Assembly (NCBI GenBank): GCA_038885755.1
Contig: JAVZZH010000001.1
Coordinates: forward strand, 1-64,000
DNA from: Candidatus Caldarchaeum sp.
GTDB taxonomy: Archaea; Thermoproteota; Nitrososphaeria_A; Caldarchaeales; Caldarchaeaceae
Direction: 5' to 3'
DNA: 64,000 nt
The notes under the pieces were generated by a model, which saw only the letters and a list, made by a program, of their open reading frames with translations, was not told the origin of the DNA and searched no databases. This document shows positions 9,604 to 19,475 of the stretch, one piece after another. How positions within the stretch are numbered: position 1 is the first letter of the stretch; each line of letters starts with the position of its first letter. Position numbers and translations under genes: made by a program.

Positions 9604-10563
9604 ATGGAAGCGGGCGAGCTGATAGTCGTTGCATTGGGTGGGAATGCTCTTCTACGACGTGGTGAGAAGGGGTCTTTCGAGGAGCAGTACAACAACGTTG
9701 GCAGGACAGCCGTTTTTCTAGCAGACCTCGTTGAGGCCGGGTACAAGCTGGTCATCACACACGGCAACGGTCCTCAGGTGGGGGCCACGCTGCTCCGCCA
9801 CGACGCGGGACATAAACTGCACGGCATACCCGCTTTCCCGATGGATGCTTGCGGAGCTGAAACCCAAGGCTTCATAGGCTACACCATCCAGCAGAACCTC
9901 AGAAACGAGCTGAAGAGGAGAGGAATAGACAAGTATGTCATCACCGTCATCACGCGCGTGATCGTGGACAAGGACGACCCTGCCTTCAAAAACCCTTCCA
10001 AGCCGATTGGTCCTTTCTACAGCAGGGAGGAGATGGAGAAGATTAAGGCGGAGCATCCGGAATTCGTCTTCGCCGAGGACAAGGCCCGCGGAGGATTCAG
10101 GAGAGTTGTGCCGTCGCCGGACCCGAAGATAATCGCCGAAAGACACGCCATAAGGAAGCTTGTGGACTCGGGCTTCATAGTCGTGGCCAGCGGTGGCGGC
10201 GGGATTCCGATAATCGAGGAGAACGGCAGGGCTCAGGGCGTGGAGGCTGTCATCGACAAAGACTTGGCTGGAGAGAAGCTAGCCGAGCTCATCGGTGCCA
10301 GCAGGTTCATCATCCTCACAGACGTGGACGGAGCCTACATCAACTACGGCAAGCCGGACCAGAAGAAGCTGGAAAGGGCGACGGCTAGCGAAGCTAGGCG
10401 GTATCTTGAGGCTGGCCATTTCGCCTCAGGCAGCATGATGCCTAAAGTGCTTGCCTGCATCAGGTTCGTCGAGAACGGCGGGAAAGAAGCCATCATAGCC
10501 GAGCTATCACAGCTGAAGGAAGCCATAGCCGGCAGCGCGGGCACGCACATACTACCGGGATAA
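9604..10563 (+). CDS. arcC: Carbamate kinase
   Basis: VALGGNAL, THGNGPQVG, NPSKPIGPFY, RRVVPSP, GGGGIP, EAVIDKD, GSMMPKV. Confidence 0.95.
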   Translation: MEAGELIVVALGGNALLRRGEKGSFEEQYNNVGRTAVFLADLVEAGYKLVITHGNGPQVGATLLRHDAGHKLHGIPAFPMDACGAETQGFIGYTIQQNLRNELKRRGIDKYVITVITRVIVDKDDPAFKNPSKPIGPFYSREEMEKIKAEHPEFVFAEDKARGGFRRVVPSPDPKIIAERHAIRKLVDSGFIVVASGGGGIPIIEENGRAQGVEAVIDKDLAGEKLAELIGASRFIILTDVDGAYINYGKPDQKKLERATASEARRYLEAGHFASGSMMPKVLACIRFVENGGKEAIIAELSQLKEAIAGSAGTHILPG

Positions 10564-11577
10564 AACTCCCGCTACGAGAGCCAGGATAGCGGCCCTGACG
10601 TAGAGAAGGTTCTCAGCCTGGTCGTATATGACGCTTCTAGGGCCGTCCATGACATCGTCGTCAGCCTCCTGCCCCCTGAAGACCGGCAGCACGTGTGTGA
10701 CGACGCCGTTCTTAGCCATCAAGTCCGTCAGCTGCTTCGTTAGCTTCCAGTCCCTGTGCTTGTTGTGGAGCTCGACCTCCCTCTCCCTGCCAAACCTGTT
10801 CATGCCCGTCATCACACATTCGTGGCTGGCCCAGCTTCTCGGAAAGACAGCGTCAGCCCCGTTGAGAGCCTCTCTGTAGTCGTGAACAATCTCCACGCTG
10901 CCCCCGCTCTCCTCGGCGTTCCTACGAGCCTGCTCAACGATTTTGCCGTCTATGTCGAATCCCGGGGGGTAGGCTAGGACAACGTCCATCCCGAACCTCG
11001 AGGATATGAGCAGCTCGTCCTGAATGCTTCCCCAGCTCCTCACCTTGTCGCTGTAAGCCCACATCAGCACGTATTTCTTCTTCTCCACTCTCCCCAGCTT
11101 CTCCCTCAGGGTGTAAAGGTCTGTGATTGCTTGGCTGGGGTGGTACATGTCGTCAGCCATGTTGATTACAGGGATCTTTGCATGCTCGGCGTACTCCCTG
11201 ACGACGGCGTTGCCTCTCCCGTAAACGTAGTCGACGGCTGACTCGAGTATCCTCACGCCCAGAACCTGTCCAAGCCTCTCGTACATCTTGGCTATGTCCC
11301 GGACGGACTCGCCCTCAGCTCCGCGGGTTGTGGCGAAGTCGATGAACTGAGCATGGCCGCCCAGCATGGTTGCGGCCGCCTCGAAGCTGGCGCGGGTACG
11401 GGTCGACGTGTTGTAGAACAGCATGAACATCGTCCTGTTCTTGAACAATTCAGGAACGTCTCCCGAAGCTCTCTTTATCTTCAACAGCCTAGCCAAGTTC
11501 ATAGTTGCCTCTATTTCCTCGACGCTCCAGTCCTGCGACGAGATTAGGTCTCGACCGTGGAGGTCAAGCAGGGTCAT
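10552..11577 (-). CDS. Second carbamoyltransferase, YgeW/OTCase-like
   Basis: FYNTSTRTRASFE, HPSQAITD, WAYSDK, HVLPVFRGQE, QAEN. Confidence 0.85.
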   Translation of the reverse strand: MTLLDLHGRDLISSQDWSVEEIEATMNLARLLKIKRASGDVPELFKNRTMFMLFYNTSTRTRASFEAAATMLGGHAQFIDFATTRGAEGESVRDIAKMYERLGQVLGVRILESAVDYVYGRGNAVVREYAEHAKIPVINMADDMYHPSQAITDLYTLREKLGRVEKKKYVLMWAYSDKVRSWGSIQDELLISSRFGMDVVLAYPPGFDIDGKIVEQARRNAEESGGSVEIVHDYREALNGADAVFPRSWASHECVMTGMNRFGREREVELHNKHRDWKLTKQLTDLMAKNGVVTHVLPVFRGQEADDDVMDGPRSVIYDQAENLLYVRAAILALVAGVLSR

Positions 11578-11602
11578 GCTGATACCGGCTTTCTTTCAAA
11601 TT

Positions 11603-13924
11603 TTAGGCTTTCTTCAGCGCTTCCAACACAGCGTGGGGCTTCATGGGAAGCTGTCTGACATACACTCCTGTCGCGTGGGCGACTGCGTTGGCTATGGCTG
11701 CGGCTGGAAGAACGACAGGTATCTCGCCCATCGCTTTTGCGCCGAAAACTCCCACGGACCCGGGAACTTCGACGACCAAGCTCTTCATCTCCTTCGGTGC
11801 ATCGCTGGCTGTCGGTATTATGAAAGTGTGGAGGGATGGGTTGACGACGAAGCCTTTTTCGTGGACAACTTCCTCGGTGAGCGCGTATCCGAGACCCATG
11901 ATGCCCCCTCCCTCGTAAACAGCTATCAAGCCCAGCGGGTTTATGGCCCTCCCGACGTCGTAAGCTGCGATAAGCCTTTCAACCTCGACAAACCCGGTCT
12001 CGGTGTCGACGACGACTTCAGCGGCTAAAGCCCCGTAGGTGTACTGGTTGTAGGGAGAGCCTTGGCCCGTCTCAGGGTCCCACTTGGTCGGCGGAGCTAT
12101 GTAGTGGCCTAAGGCCTTCAGCTCGACGCCCTTCTCCCAGCACTGCTGAACGGCCTCCTCCCACTTGACCATCCTGCCCGACGAATGAACAATTAACCCA
12201 TCCCTGAACTCAAGCTCTCTGGCGTCGACTCCCAGAAGCTCCGCGGCCGCAGAAGCTACTTTGGCCTTGATCTTGAGAGCCGCGTCGAGCGCCGCGTTTC
12301 CCCCGATCGCCGTGGTCCTAGATGCTACGGTTGGACCTGAGCTGGGTACTGCGGCTGTGTCGGGCCTCTCGAGCCTGACCTTCGAAAGAGGTAAGCCAAG
12401 CACCTCCGCAACGACTATGATGAGGGATGTTAGGGCGCCTGTGCCGTATTCTGTCAGACCCGTCTGAACGACGACCGTGCCGTCCCTCTCCACCCGTGAG
12501 ACAACGGTCGCGAAGTCGTCTCCCTCAGGACCGAGGGTGTTGCCGTGATACAGGAGAGCTATACCGATGCCTTTCTTCACACTCCTGCTCCGCTTGTTAA
12601 ATTCCTCGAACTCCCTTACCCGCGTCTCCCACGAGGAAGATTCGACGACCAGCCGGTAGCATCTGAGAAGCCCGTCGTCATCGACTCGCTGGCTTGTGGC
12701 GGTAAGAGAACCCGGTCTCAGCATGTTGGCTTCACGGATTTCGAGGGGTGAGAGCCCGATCTCTTCAGCCAGCTCGTTCATCAGCGACTCGGCTGCAAAG
12801 TGTGCTTGAGGAGCGCCGAACCCACGCGTGGACCCTGCCATGGTGTTGTTTGTGTAGACGCAGTAGCCGTCGGCCCAGACGTTGGGAACTTCGTAAGGCC
12901 CTGTGCAGTGGAAAGTCGCCCTGCCTATCACGAGATGACCCTTCGAGACGTAGGCTCCCGTGTCCTCCACCAGAGTAGACTTCCAAGCGATTAGTTTGCC
13001 CTGCTTGGACGCTCCAACCTTGTGAGTTATCTCGAACGGATGCCTCTTGCACTGCACCGTAATAGCCTCGCTCCTAGTGAAAGCTGCCAGCGACGGTCTG
13101 CCCGTGTAGTATGTGGCGAGGCAGGCGTATGCTGCGACGTCGATGGGGGTCTCGTCCGACTTGGGGCCGAACCCGCCTCCGGTGGCTGCTTGAACGACTC
13201 GGAGCTTTTCAGGAGGCAGTCCGAGTATCTGGCGAACCTTGTGGTAGACGTCGTGTAGGTTCTGCATCGAAGATATGCAGGTTATTCCGCCGTCTCCGTC
13301 AGGGTAAGAGTAAGCTATCTCGATTTCAAGGGGAAGACCGGTGATAAACTGAGTCCGGTAGGTTCTTTCTAATACCACATCTGATTGTTTGAAGCCTTGC
13401 TCAACGTCTCCCTTTCTTATCTTGAAGTGGGTGACGATGTTGCCCTTGTCGTGTATGCGTGGCGCTGCGTGGTCCATGGCTTCAGCAGGGCTGGCCACAA
13501 CCGGCAGAGGGTCGTAGTGAACTTCGACGAGGTCTGCGGCCTCCTCAGCGTCCTCCACCGTTTCGCCTACAACCAAGGCGATAGCTTCGCCTACATGCCT
13601 CACCCTGTCCACAGCCAGCAACGGCCTGTCGGGTATGAGGCTTCCAGCATCGTTCTGACCGGGTATTTCACGATGAGTTATGATTTTCTTGACGGAGGGT
13701 CTTCTCTCCAGCTTGCTGAAGTCCACGTTCCTTATCAAGGCGTGGGGAAGCCTCGACCTAACGGCCTTGACGAAGAGGGGTTTCTCGGACACTAGGTCTG
13801 CGGTGTACATGGGTCTTCCGAGGACGGCGTCGACAGCATCCACCCGCGCCACCTTCTTCCCAACCACTAGGAATTCACGAGCCTTCAGGATCTCCTTAAA
13901 CCTCTCAGTAATCTCCTCGCTCAT
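11603..13924 (-). CDS. Xanthine dehydrogenase-family molybdopterin-binding subunit
   Basis: GGGFGPK, RHPF, GSTRGFGAPQ, TEYGTG, TVASRT, GAKAMGE; lacks the CoxL form I AYRCSFR motif. Confidence 0.92.
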   Translation of the reverse strand: MSEEITERFKEILKAREFLVVGKKVARVDAVDAVLGRPMYTADLVSEKPLFVKAVRSRLPHALIRNVDFSKLERRPSVKKIITHREIPGQNDAGSLIPDRPLLAVDRVRHVGEAIALVVGETVEDAEEAADLVEVHYDPLPVVASPAEAMDHAAPRIHDKGNIVTHFKIRKGDVEQGFKQSDVVLERTYRTQFITGLPLEIEIAYSYPDGDGGITCISSMQNLHDVYHKVRQILGLPPEKLRVVQAATGGGFGPKSDETPIDVAAYACLATYYTGRPSLAAFTRSEAITVQCKRHPFEITHKVGASKQGKLIAWKSTLVEDTGAYVSKGHLVIGRATFHCTGPYEVPNVWADGYCVYTNNTMAGSTRGFGAPQAHFAAESLMNELAEEIGLSPLEIREANMLRPGSLTATSQRVDDDGLLRCYRLVVESSSWETRVREFEEFNKRSRSVKKGIGIALLYHGNTLGPEGDDFATVVSRVERDGTVVVQTGLTEYGTGALTSLIIVVAEVLGLPLSKVRLERPDTAAVPSSGPTVASRTTAIGGNAALDAALKIKAKVASAAAELLGVDARELEFRDGLIVHSSGRMVKWEEAVQQCWEKGVELKALGHYIAPPTKWDPETGQGSPYNQYTYGALAAEVVVDTETGFVEVERLIAAYDVGRAINPLGLIAVYEGGGIMGLGYALTEEVVHEKGFVVNPSLHTFIIPTASDAPKEMKSLVVEVPGSVGVFGAKAMGEIPVVLPAAAIANAVAHATGVYVRQLPMKPHAVLEALKKA

Positions 13925-14376
13925 CTATTCCTCGCCCTTTCGAAAGCCTCCACAAACCTCAGGTAGCTTCCGCACCTGCACAGAACGCTTCTGAGTGCGT
14001 GCCTCACCTCCTCGACGGAGGCCGACGGCTTGGTGTCCATCAGGTACTTCAGCACTAGCAACGTTGAAGGAATGCAGAACCCGCACTGAACAGCACCCAC
14101 GTCCACGAAAGCCTGTTGAAGCGGGTGAAGCTTACCGTCCGCGGCCAAACCCTCCACGGTCGTTATCGTCCTGCCTTCAGCTTGGTAAGCCAGCATTAGG
14201 CATGAGTTGACCGGCCTTCCGTCAACCAGCACCACGCAGAGGCCGCAGTCTCCGACCCCGCACCCCTCCTTCACACCCATGAGACCAAGCCGTTTACGGA
14301 GAAGGTCTGTAAGCCTCTCGTTGCTCTCCACGTCGACTGTATAGTCGACGCCGTTAACATTGGTTTTAATCTTCAT
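13921..14376 (-). CDS. Xanthine dehydrogenase-family 2Fe-2S subunit
   Basis: KEGCGVGDCGLC, QCGFC, LCRCG; ATG at 14376. Confidence 0.92.
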   Translation of the reverse strand: MKIKTNVNGVDYTVDVESNERLTDLLRKRLGLMGVKEGCGVGDCGLCVVLVDGRPVNSCLMLAYQAEGRTITTVEGLAADGKLHPLQQAFVDVGAVQCGFCIPSTLLVLKYLMDTKPSASVEEVRHALRSVLCRCGSYLRFVEAFERARNR

Positions 14377-15202
14377 GACCGGCAACCCTCTCCAGAATCC
14401 TCCTGAGCAGCACGCCGGCAACCATGCGCCTGTACCAGGCTGGAGCTATGACGTCATCAGAAGGTCCTATGCTCTGGGAAACCATGTCCCCCGCCTGGGT
14501 ATACGTGGGCTTGTCTAAAAACCTGCCTTGTAGGAATTTTTCAACGGAGTGAACCCTGCCGGGCTTGTTCCTGCTTTTGTGGGAGACAGCGACCCTCGGC
14601 TCCTCATCTAAGCTGACGGCAACCGAGATTATCGGGATGCGTGAAACCCCTAGCCGCAGCTTTTCGAAGAAACACTTCCTCCTTCTGCGAAACACTACCT
14701 TGGTAAGCAGCGCTCGCTTGTTAATGTTCTGGTCGAGAAATTCTTGCAGCGCCACGCGTTCTTCACCTCTAACTGTCTGAAAAACCAGCTCGGCGTCGAG
14801 AGTCAGCAGTATGGGTATCAGGTCCTCGGAGCAGTTTCTGAGCATGATGCTTCCTCCGACGGTCGCCCTGTTCATGACTGAAGGAGATGAGTAGCATTTG
14901 AGGAATGACTTGAAGGCTGGAATGCTGTCTCGCAGCGCTTCGGCAACCTCGGCGTGAGTAGTCAGCGCTCCCACCTCGACGAGGGAGGAGTCGTTCCTTA
15001 TGAAACGCAGGTGCTTCAGTCCAGAAACGTCGAGGAGCTTCCTCGTCTTGTTGACGCCTTCGACGATAGACGGTATCGTATATGTACCTCCAGCGAGCAC
15101 GGTTCTGTCAGGCTCCCGGTCTATCGTTTGAAGAGCTTCTTCCAAGCTCTTCGCCACGAAGACGTCCAGCCGGGGCAGGCTTACGTACCCCAGATCGGTC
15201 AT
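14366..15202 (-). CDS. Xanthine dehydrogenase-family FAD-binding subunit (YgfM/CoxM-like)
   Basis: LAGGT, VGALTT, NRATVGG, AWYRR; located in the xdh operon. Confidence 0.85.
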   Translation of the reverse strand: MTDLGYVSLPRLDVFVAKSLEEALQTIDREPDRTVLAGGTYTIPSIVEGVNKTRKLLDVSGLKHLRFIRNDSSLVEVGALTTHAEVAEALRDSIPAFKSFLKCYSSPSVMNRATVGGSIMLRNCSEDLIPILLTLDAELVFQTVRGEERVALQEFLDQNINKRALLTKVVFRRRRKCFFEKLRLGVSRIPIISVAVSLDEEPRVAVSHKSRNKPGRVHSVEKFLQGRFLDKPTYTQAGDMVSQSIGPSDDVIAPAWYRRMVAGVLLRRILERVAGHED

Positions 15203-16566
15203 TTCTTCATCATCAGGGGCTCAACCGCTTCCCGAGGCCGTTCAGTCAACCGCTGCCACAGCTTCTCGATGGTTTTCATCACGGTCTTCTCGGCGTTCTC
15301 CTTGTCGACCTTCGTAAGACGTCGGTTTTGTACAACCTGCTCGCCGTCGACGAACACATGCAAGACATCTCTCCCGCTGACGCCGTTAACCAAGTATCCG
15401 TAGATGTTGCCTGTCATGGGGACTGCGGAAACCTCCGGCCTCACAACTATGATGTCTGCCTTGTTGCCGGCTTCGAGAGACCCTTGGTCTTTAAGGCTGT
15501 AAGCCCGGGCTGCGTTGATTGTCGCCATTTCAACGACTTGCTGGGCGGAGATAATCGAGGGGTTCCGACGTTCGAGCCTGTGAACTAGGAAGGTTGCTCG
15601 CATGTTTTCAAACCCGTCGAAGACGTATCCGTCGTTGCCTATGCCTACGTTGACGCCTGCCTCAAGCATCTCCGGCAGCTTCATCACTCCTACGGCGTTG
15701 AGCATGTTGCTCATGGGGTTGTGGGCTACGTGGGTTCCCGTCGAAGCCAGAAGCCCGACTTCACGCTTGTCGAGATGGACGCAGTGAGCTAGGACGGCGT
15801 TGCTTCCCAAAACTCCTTTCATGTGCAGCCTTTCAACGGTCCTAACGCCGTATCTTTCGATGTTGTGGTAGACGTCGTTAGGGCCCTCCGATACATGGAT
15901 GGTCAAGGCGGCCTTGTGCTTCCTCGCAGCTTCAACCCCCTTGGCTATCAGTTCATCGGTTATCGTGAAGGATGCGTGAAGGCTTATCATGCCCATGGCG
16001 AGGCCCATTCCACCCTTCTCCAAAAACCGGACGTTTTCCTTCAGTCCTCTCTCGCCCTCCTCCACGCTCCTCCTCTCCGTCGCCTCGAAAGAGATAATGC
16101 CTCTGATGCCGACCTCGTTCACTGCTTTCGCTATGGCGTCGAGCGAGCCCTCCGGGTTTTGAGGCGCTGAATAGGTGTCTGCGAAGGTCGTGGTGCCGTT
16201 AAGAAGCATTTCCATCGAGGCGGCGAGAGCGGTGGCGTAGGCGTCGTCGTTGTTCATCTTCTCGTCGAGCGGCCACCAGACCCTCTGAAGGTTCTCGAGA
16301 AAATCGGAGCTCGGTTTGATGTTCAGAGAGGCTCCCCGTAAAGCTATTCCGTAAAGATGAGTGTGGGCGCATACAAGCCCGGGCATGACGATACAGCCGC
16401 TTGCATCAACAACCCTGTCGTACTCGCTGCTCCTCACCTGTCCAGCGTCGCCGACAAAAACTATCCGCCCATCCTCGAACCCGACAGCCCCGTTCTGCAG
16501 AACCCTTCTCGAAGAGTCCATCGAGACTACCACGCCGCCTTTTATCAGGGTTTTTTCAGAACCCAT
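15199..16566 (-). CDS. SsnA-like metal-dependent amidohydrolase (TRZ/ATZ family)
   Basis: PGLVCAHTHLY, FLENLQRVWWPLD, LHASFT, IHVSE, AHCVH, NPMSN, GIGND. Confidence 0.85.
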   Translation of the reverse strand: MGSEKTLIKGGVVVSMDSSRRVLQNGAVGFEDGRIVFVGDAGQVRSSEYDRVVDASGCIVMPGLVCAHTHLYGIALRGASLNIKPSSDFLENLQRVWWPLDEKMNNDDAYATALAASMEMLLNGTTTFADTYSAPQNPEGSLDAIAKAVNEVGIRGIISFEATERRSVEEGERGLKENVRFLEKGGMGLAMGMISLHASFTITDELIAKGVEAARKHKAALTIHVSEGPNDVYHNIERYGVRTVERLHMKGVLGSNAVLAHCVHLDKREVGLLASTGTHVAHNPMSNMLNAVGVMKLPEMLEAGVNVGIGNDGYVFDGFENMRATFLVHRLERRNPSIISAQQVVEMATINAARAYSLKDQGSLEAGNKADIIVVRPEVSAVPMTGNIYGYLVNGVSGRDVLHVFVDGEQVVQNRRLTKVDKENAEKTVMKTIEKLWQRLTERPREAVEPLMMKK

Positions 16567-16569
16567 CTG

Positions 16570-17577
16570 CTACACCTTAGCGATACTTTTGATGACGTAT
16601 TCAACGTTCCCGCTGAGGGGGAGCAAGAGGGGAGAGGTGCAGCCATGCGCCATGTACTCCTTCACCTTAGCCACCACGTCCGAAACCGTGCCCGAAGCAG
16701 TGATCATACGGACAACCTCGTCGGGAACGATCTCAGCAGCCTTCTCAATACCGCCCGGCTTAGCTGGCCAGCCCCCCATAACCCTCTGAACCTCCTGAAT
16801 CAAGTCCTCGCTGACACCGCTAGCCTTCATGATGTGAGGCTGCTGTCCGAGAGTCATCGTCACATGCTTCTTAGCGAGCTTCACAGCCTTGTCCGCATCC
16901 TCATCCATCGAGCAGGCCACAAGCTGAGGCCTGTCGATGTCCTCGACCCTTCTTCCCGACTTTTCGGCACCCTTCCTTATGTGTTCGAGGGCTGTGTCGT
17001 TGTACTTGGGTGAGACTAGGTAGTTGAGAAGGACTCCGTCAGCTATCTCACCCGCCAGCTCCATCATCTTCCAGCCCGTCGCCCCGACGTAGATCGGTAT
17101 GTTCCTAGGCTTCTCCCCTGCACCGTGAAGGACGTCAAGCCTTACACCTCTAAGCTTTACGAACTTACCCTCGAAACTAACCTCCTCCATTCTGAACAGT
17201 CTTCTGATCGTTTCGACGTACTCCCTCATGCATGTGAGCGGCTCCCTTCTCTCAATACCGACCTTCCAAGCCAGCGGGTCCCACCAAGCACCAAGCCCCA
17301 GCATGACCCTGCCGTCTGAAAGCTCATCCATCGTGGCGAAGGTCTGGGCGATGAGCGCGGCGTTTCTAGTCCAGGTGTTTATGACGCCGGCGCCCACCTT
17401 CAGCCGGGATGTGACTGTGGCTATGGCTGTCATAGGAGTCAGAGCATCCCTGGCGAGCCTCGACTCAGCTATCCAAGCCGACTCAAAACCGTTCTGCTCA
17501 CCCAGCTGGGCGTACCTGACCATATCCCTAACATGCATGTCCTGTAGATACAGACCCCATCTGACGTTCATGCACAT
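16570..17577 (-). CDS. LLM-class (Mer-like, probably F420-dependent) oxidoreductase
   Basis: GFESAWIAE, TMDELSDGRVMLGLGA, IPIYVGATG.KMMELAGEIADGVLLN. Confidence 0.85.
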   Translation of the reverse strand: MCMNVRWGLYLQDMHVRDMVRYAQLGEQNGFESAWIAESRLARDALTPMTAIATVTSRLKVGAGVINTWTRNAALIAQTFATMDELSDGRVMLGLGAWWDPLAWKVGIERREPLTCMREYVETIRRLFRMEEVSFEGKFVKLRGVRLDVLHGAGEKPRNIPIYVGATGWKMMELAGEIADGVLLNYLVSPKYNDTALEHIRKGAEKSGRRVEDIDRPQLVACSMDEDADKAVKLAKKHVTMTLGQQPHIMKASGVSEDLIQEVQRVMGGWPAKPGGIEKAAEIVPDEVVRMITASGTVSDVVAKVKEYMAHGCTSPLLLPLSGNVEYVIKSIAKV

Positions 17578-17603
17578 TAGTAATGGAACTTTAGTTATTT
17601 ATT

Positions 17604-17621
17604 CTTTGTCGATAGACAAAG
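17604..17621. promoter_or_regulatory. Palindromic candidate operator between divergent promoters
   Basis: CTTTGTC-GATA-GACAAAG, a perfect 7-bp inverted repeat flanked by TATA-like boxes on both strands (TTATAT at 17623; TTATTTATT at 17595). Confidence 0.55.
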
Positions 17622-17654
17622 GTTATATCAGCGCAGGGATTGTATCGCTGAGTA

Positions 17655-19439
17655 ATGACAAGGACGAAGCTGTACAGCGTGTCTAAAGACCTTGTTAGGA
17701 CAGCTTTGGGTCTGGAGAAGGCGGACTTGGTTGTTAGGGGCGGGAGCTTGATTAACGTACATACTAGGGAGCTTGTTGAGAACGTGGATGTGGTGGTCAA
17801 GCACGGTAGGGTCGCACTCGTCGGCGACGCATCGCCTTGCATAGGGTCGGGCACGCTTGTTTACGACGCTGATGGCAAGTACCTCGTTCCCGGACTGATA
17901 GACCCTCACGTTCACATAGAAAGCTCCATGGTCGGCGTGACCGAGTTCGCCAGAATAGTTCTTCCCCACGGTACGACGACCGTTTTCATCGACCCCCATG
18001 AGATAGGCAACGTCTTCGGGTTCGACGGAGTGAAGCTGATGGTTGACGAGTCGAGGAACCTGCCTCTCAAGGTGTTCATCACCTATCCCTCCTGCGTTCC
18101 AGCTGCACCGGGGTTCGAGACCGCTGGGGCGGCAATAGGGCCTGAGGAGGTGGGTGAAGCCATGAAGCTGGAGGAGGTAGTTGCTCTCGGCGAGATGATG
18201 AACTATCCGGGGGTGCTCGCATGCGACGACAACGTCCATGCAGAGATAGCGGAGGCTTTGAGGGCTGGAAAGCTCGTCGAGGGCCATGACTCGGGGTTGA
18301 TGGGTAGGGAGCTGGCGGCTTACGTCGCCGCCGGAGTGATGTCAACCCATGAAAGCGTCTCCAAAAGCCAGACTCTTGAACGCTTGCGAAACGGCATGTA
18401 TGTTTATTTGAGGGAGGGGAGTGCTTGGCTCGACATCAAAGACACGGTCAGAGCCTACACAGAGACAGGCATAGACCCGCGCCACATATGTCTGTGCACA
18501 GACGACAAGGAGCCGGCCTCGATAATCAGGGACGGACACATGGACCACTGTCTCAGGAGGGCGGTTGAGGAGGGGGTGGACCCGCTGACGGCTGTGCAGA
18601 TGTGCACGATCAACCCTGCCGAGCGGTACCGGATGGCTCACGAGATAGGAAGCATCTCACCAGCACGCATAGCCGACATATTAGTCGTGTCAGACCTCAC
18701 TAAGTTCAAGGTCGAAGCTGTGTTCGCCGACGGGGAACTCGTTGCAAAGCAGGGAAGGCTTTTGAAGACCATGCCGGACTACCGCTACCCGGATGTTTTC
18801 ACGAAAAGCGTCAAGCTAGGGCGGGTGCTGCGGCCGGAGGACTTCGTTATCCACTCAAAGCATGAACAGGGCGAAGTTAGGGCACGTGTGATCCAAGCCG
18901 TCGAAGGCAGCGTAATCACGAAGCACGTCATAGAGAAGATGGAGGTCTCCAAGCATAGCATTAGCGGAGACCCGGATAGAAGCATTTTGAAGACAGCAGT
19001 GATAGAGAGGCATGGAAAATCAGGCGGAATGAGCCTCGGGCTGACTAAAGGGTTTGGGTTCAGGAAGGGAGCTGTTTCCTCGACGGTAGCCCACGACAGC
19101 CACAACCTTCTAGTGATTGGCTACGACGAGAAGGACATGGCTCTGGCGGCTAACGAGAACGCACGGATCAACGGAGGCATCGTGACCGTTGCTGACGGCG
19201 AGGTGGTTGCGCGAGTCGAGCTGTCTCTGGCGGGGTTGATGTCGACGGAGACGGCGGAGCGGGTGGCTGATAAGCTCAACAAAACCTACAGCGTGTGGAG
19301 GAGGCTTGGATGCGAATGGGTCTCGCCTTTCATGACGATGTCGTTGCTCAGCCTCAGCGTAATACCCGAGCTCCGGATAACGGACAGAGGATTGCTCGAC
19401 ACGGTGACGTTCCAGTTCGTCGAACTCGTGTTGGATTAG
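17655..19439 (+). CDS. ade: Adenine deaminase (AdeC type)
   Basis: PGLIDPHVHIESSM, DPHEIGNV, LGEMMNYPGV, LREGSA, CTDD, STVAHDSHNL, LSLSVIPELRITDRGL. Confidence 0.93.
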   Translation: MTRTKLYSVSKDLVRTALGLEKADLVVRGGSLINVHTRELVENVDVVVKHGRVALVGDASPCIGSGTLVYDADGKYLVPGLIDPHVHIESSMVGVTEFARIVLPHGTTTVFIDPHEIGNVFGFDGVKLMVDESRNLPLKVFITYPSCVPAAPGFETAGAAIGPEEVGEAMKLEEVVALGEMMNYPGVLACDDNVHAEIAEALRAGKLVEGHDSGLMGRELAAYVAAGVMSTHESVSKSQTLERLRNGMYVYLREGSAWLDIKDTVRAYTETGIDPRHICLCTDDKEPASIIRDGHMDHCLRRAVEEGVDPLTAVQMCTINPAERYRMAHEIGSISPARIADILVVSDLTKFKVEAVFADGELVAKQGRLLKTMPDYRYPDVFTKSVKLGRVLRPEDFVIHSKHEQGEVRARVIQAVEGSVITKHVIEKMEVSKHSISGDPDRSILKTAVIERHGKSGGMSLGLTKGFGFRKGAVSSTVAHDSHNLLVIGYDEKDMALAANENARINGGIVTVADGEVVARVELSLAGLMSTETAERVADKLNKTYSVWRRLGCEWVSPFMTMSLLSLSVIPELRITDRGLLDTVTFQFVELVLD

Positions 19440-19475
19440 CGGATAAAGATATATACCCCTAGCGACATCTATAAG

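Noticed and set aside
5720-11577. Arginine deiminase pathway
   Set aside because: No arcA; the transcarbamylases have YgeW-like loops and non-HCLP motifs
11603-13924. Aerobic CO dehydrogenase
   Set aside because: Lacks the AYRCSFR motif; the context points to purine metabolism
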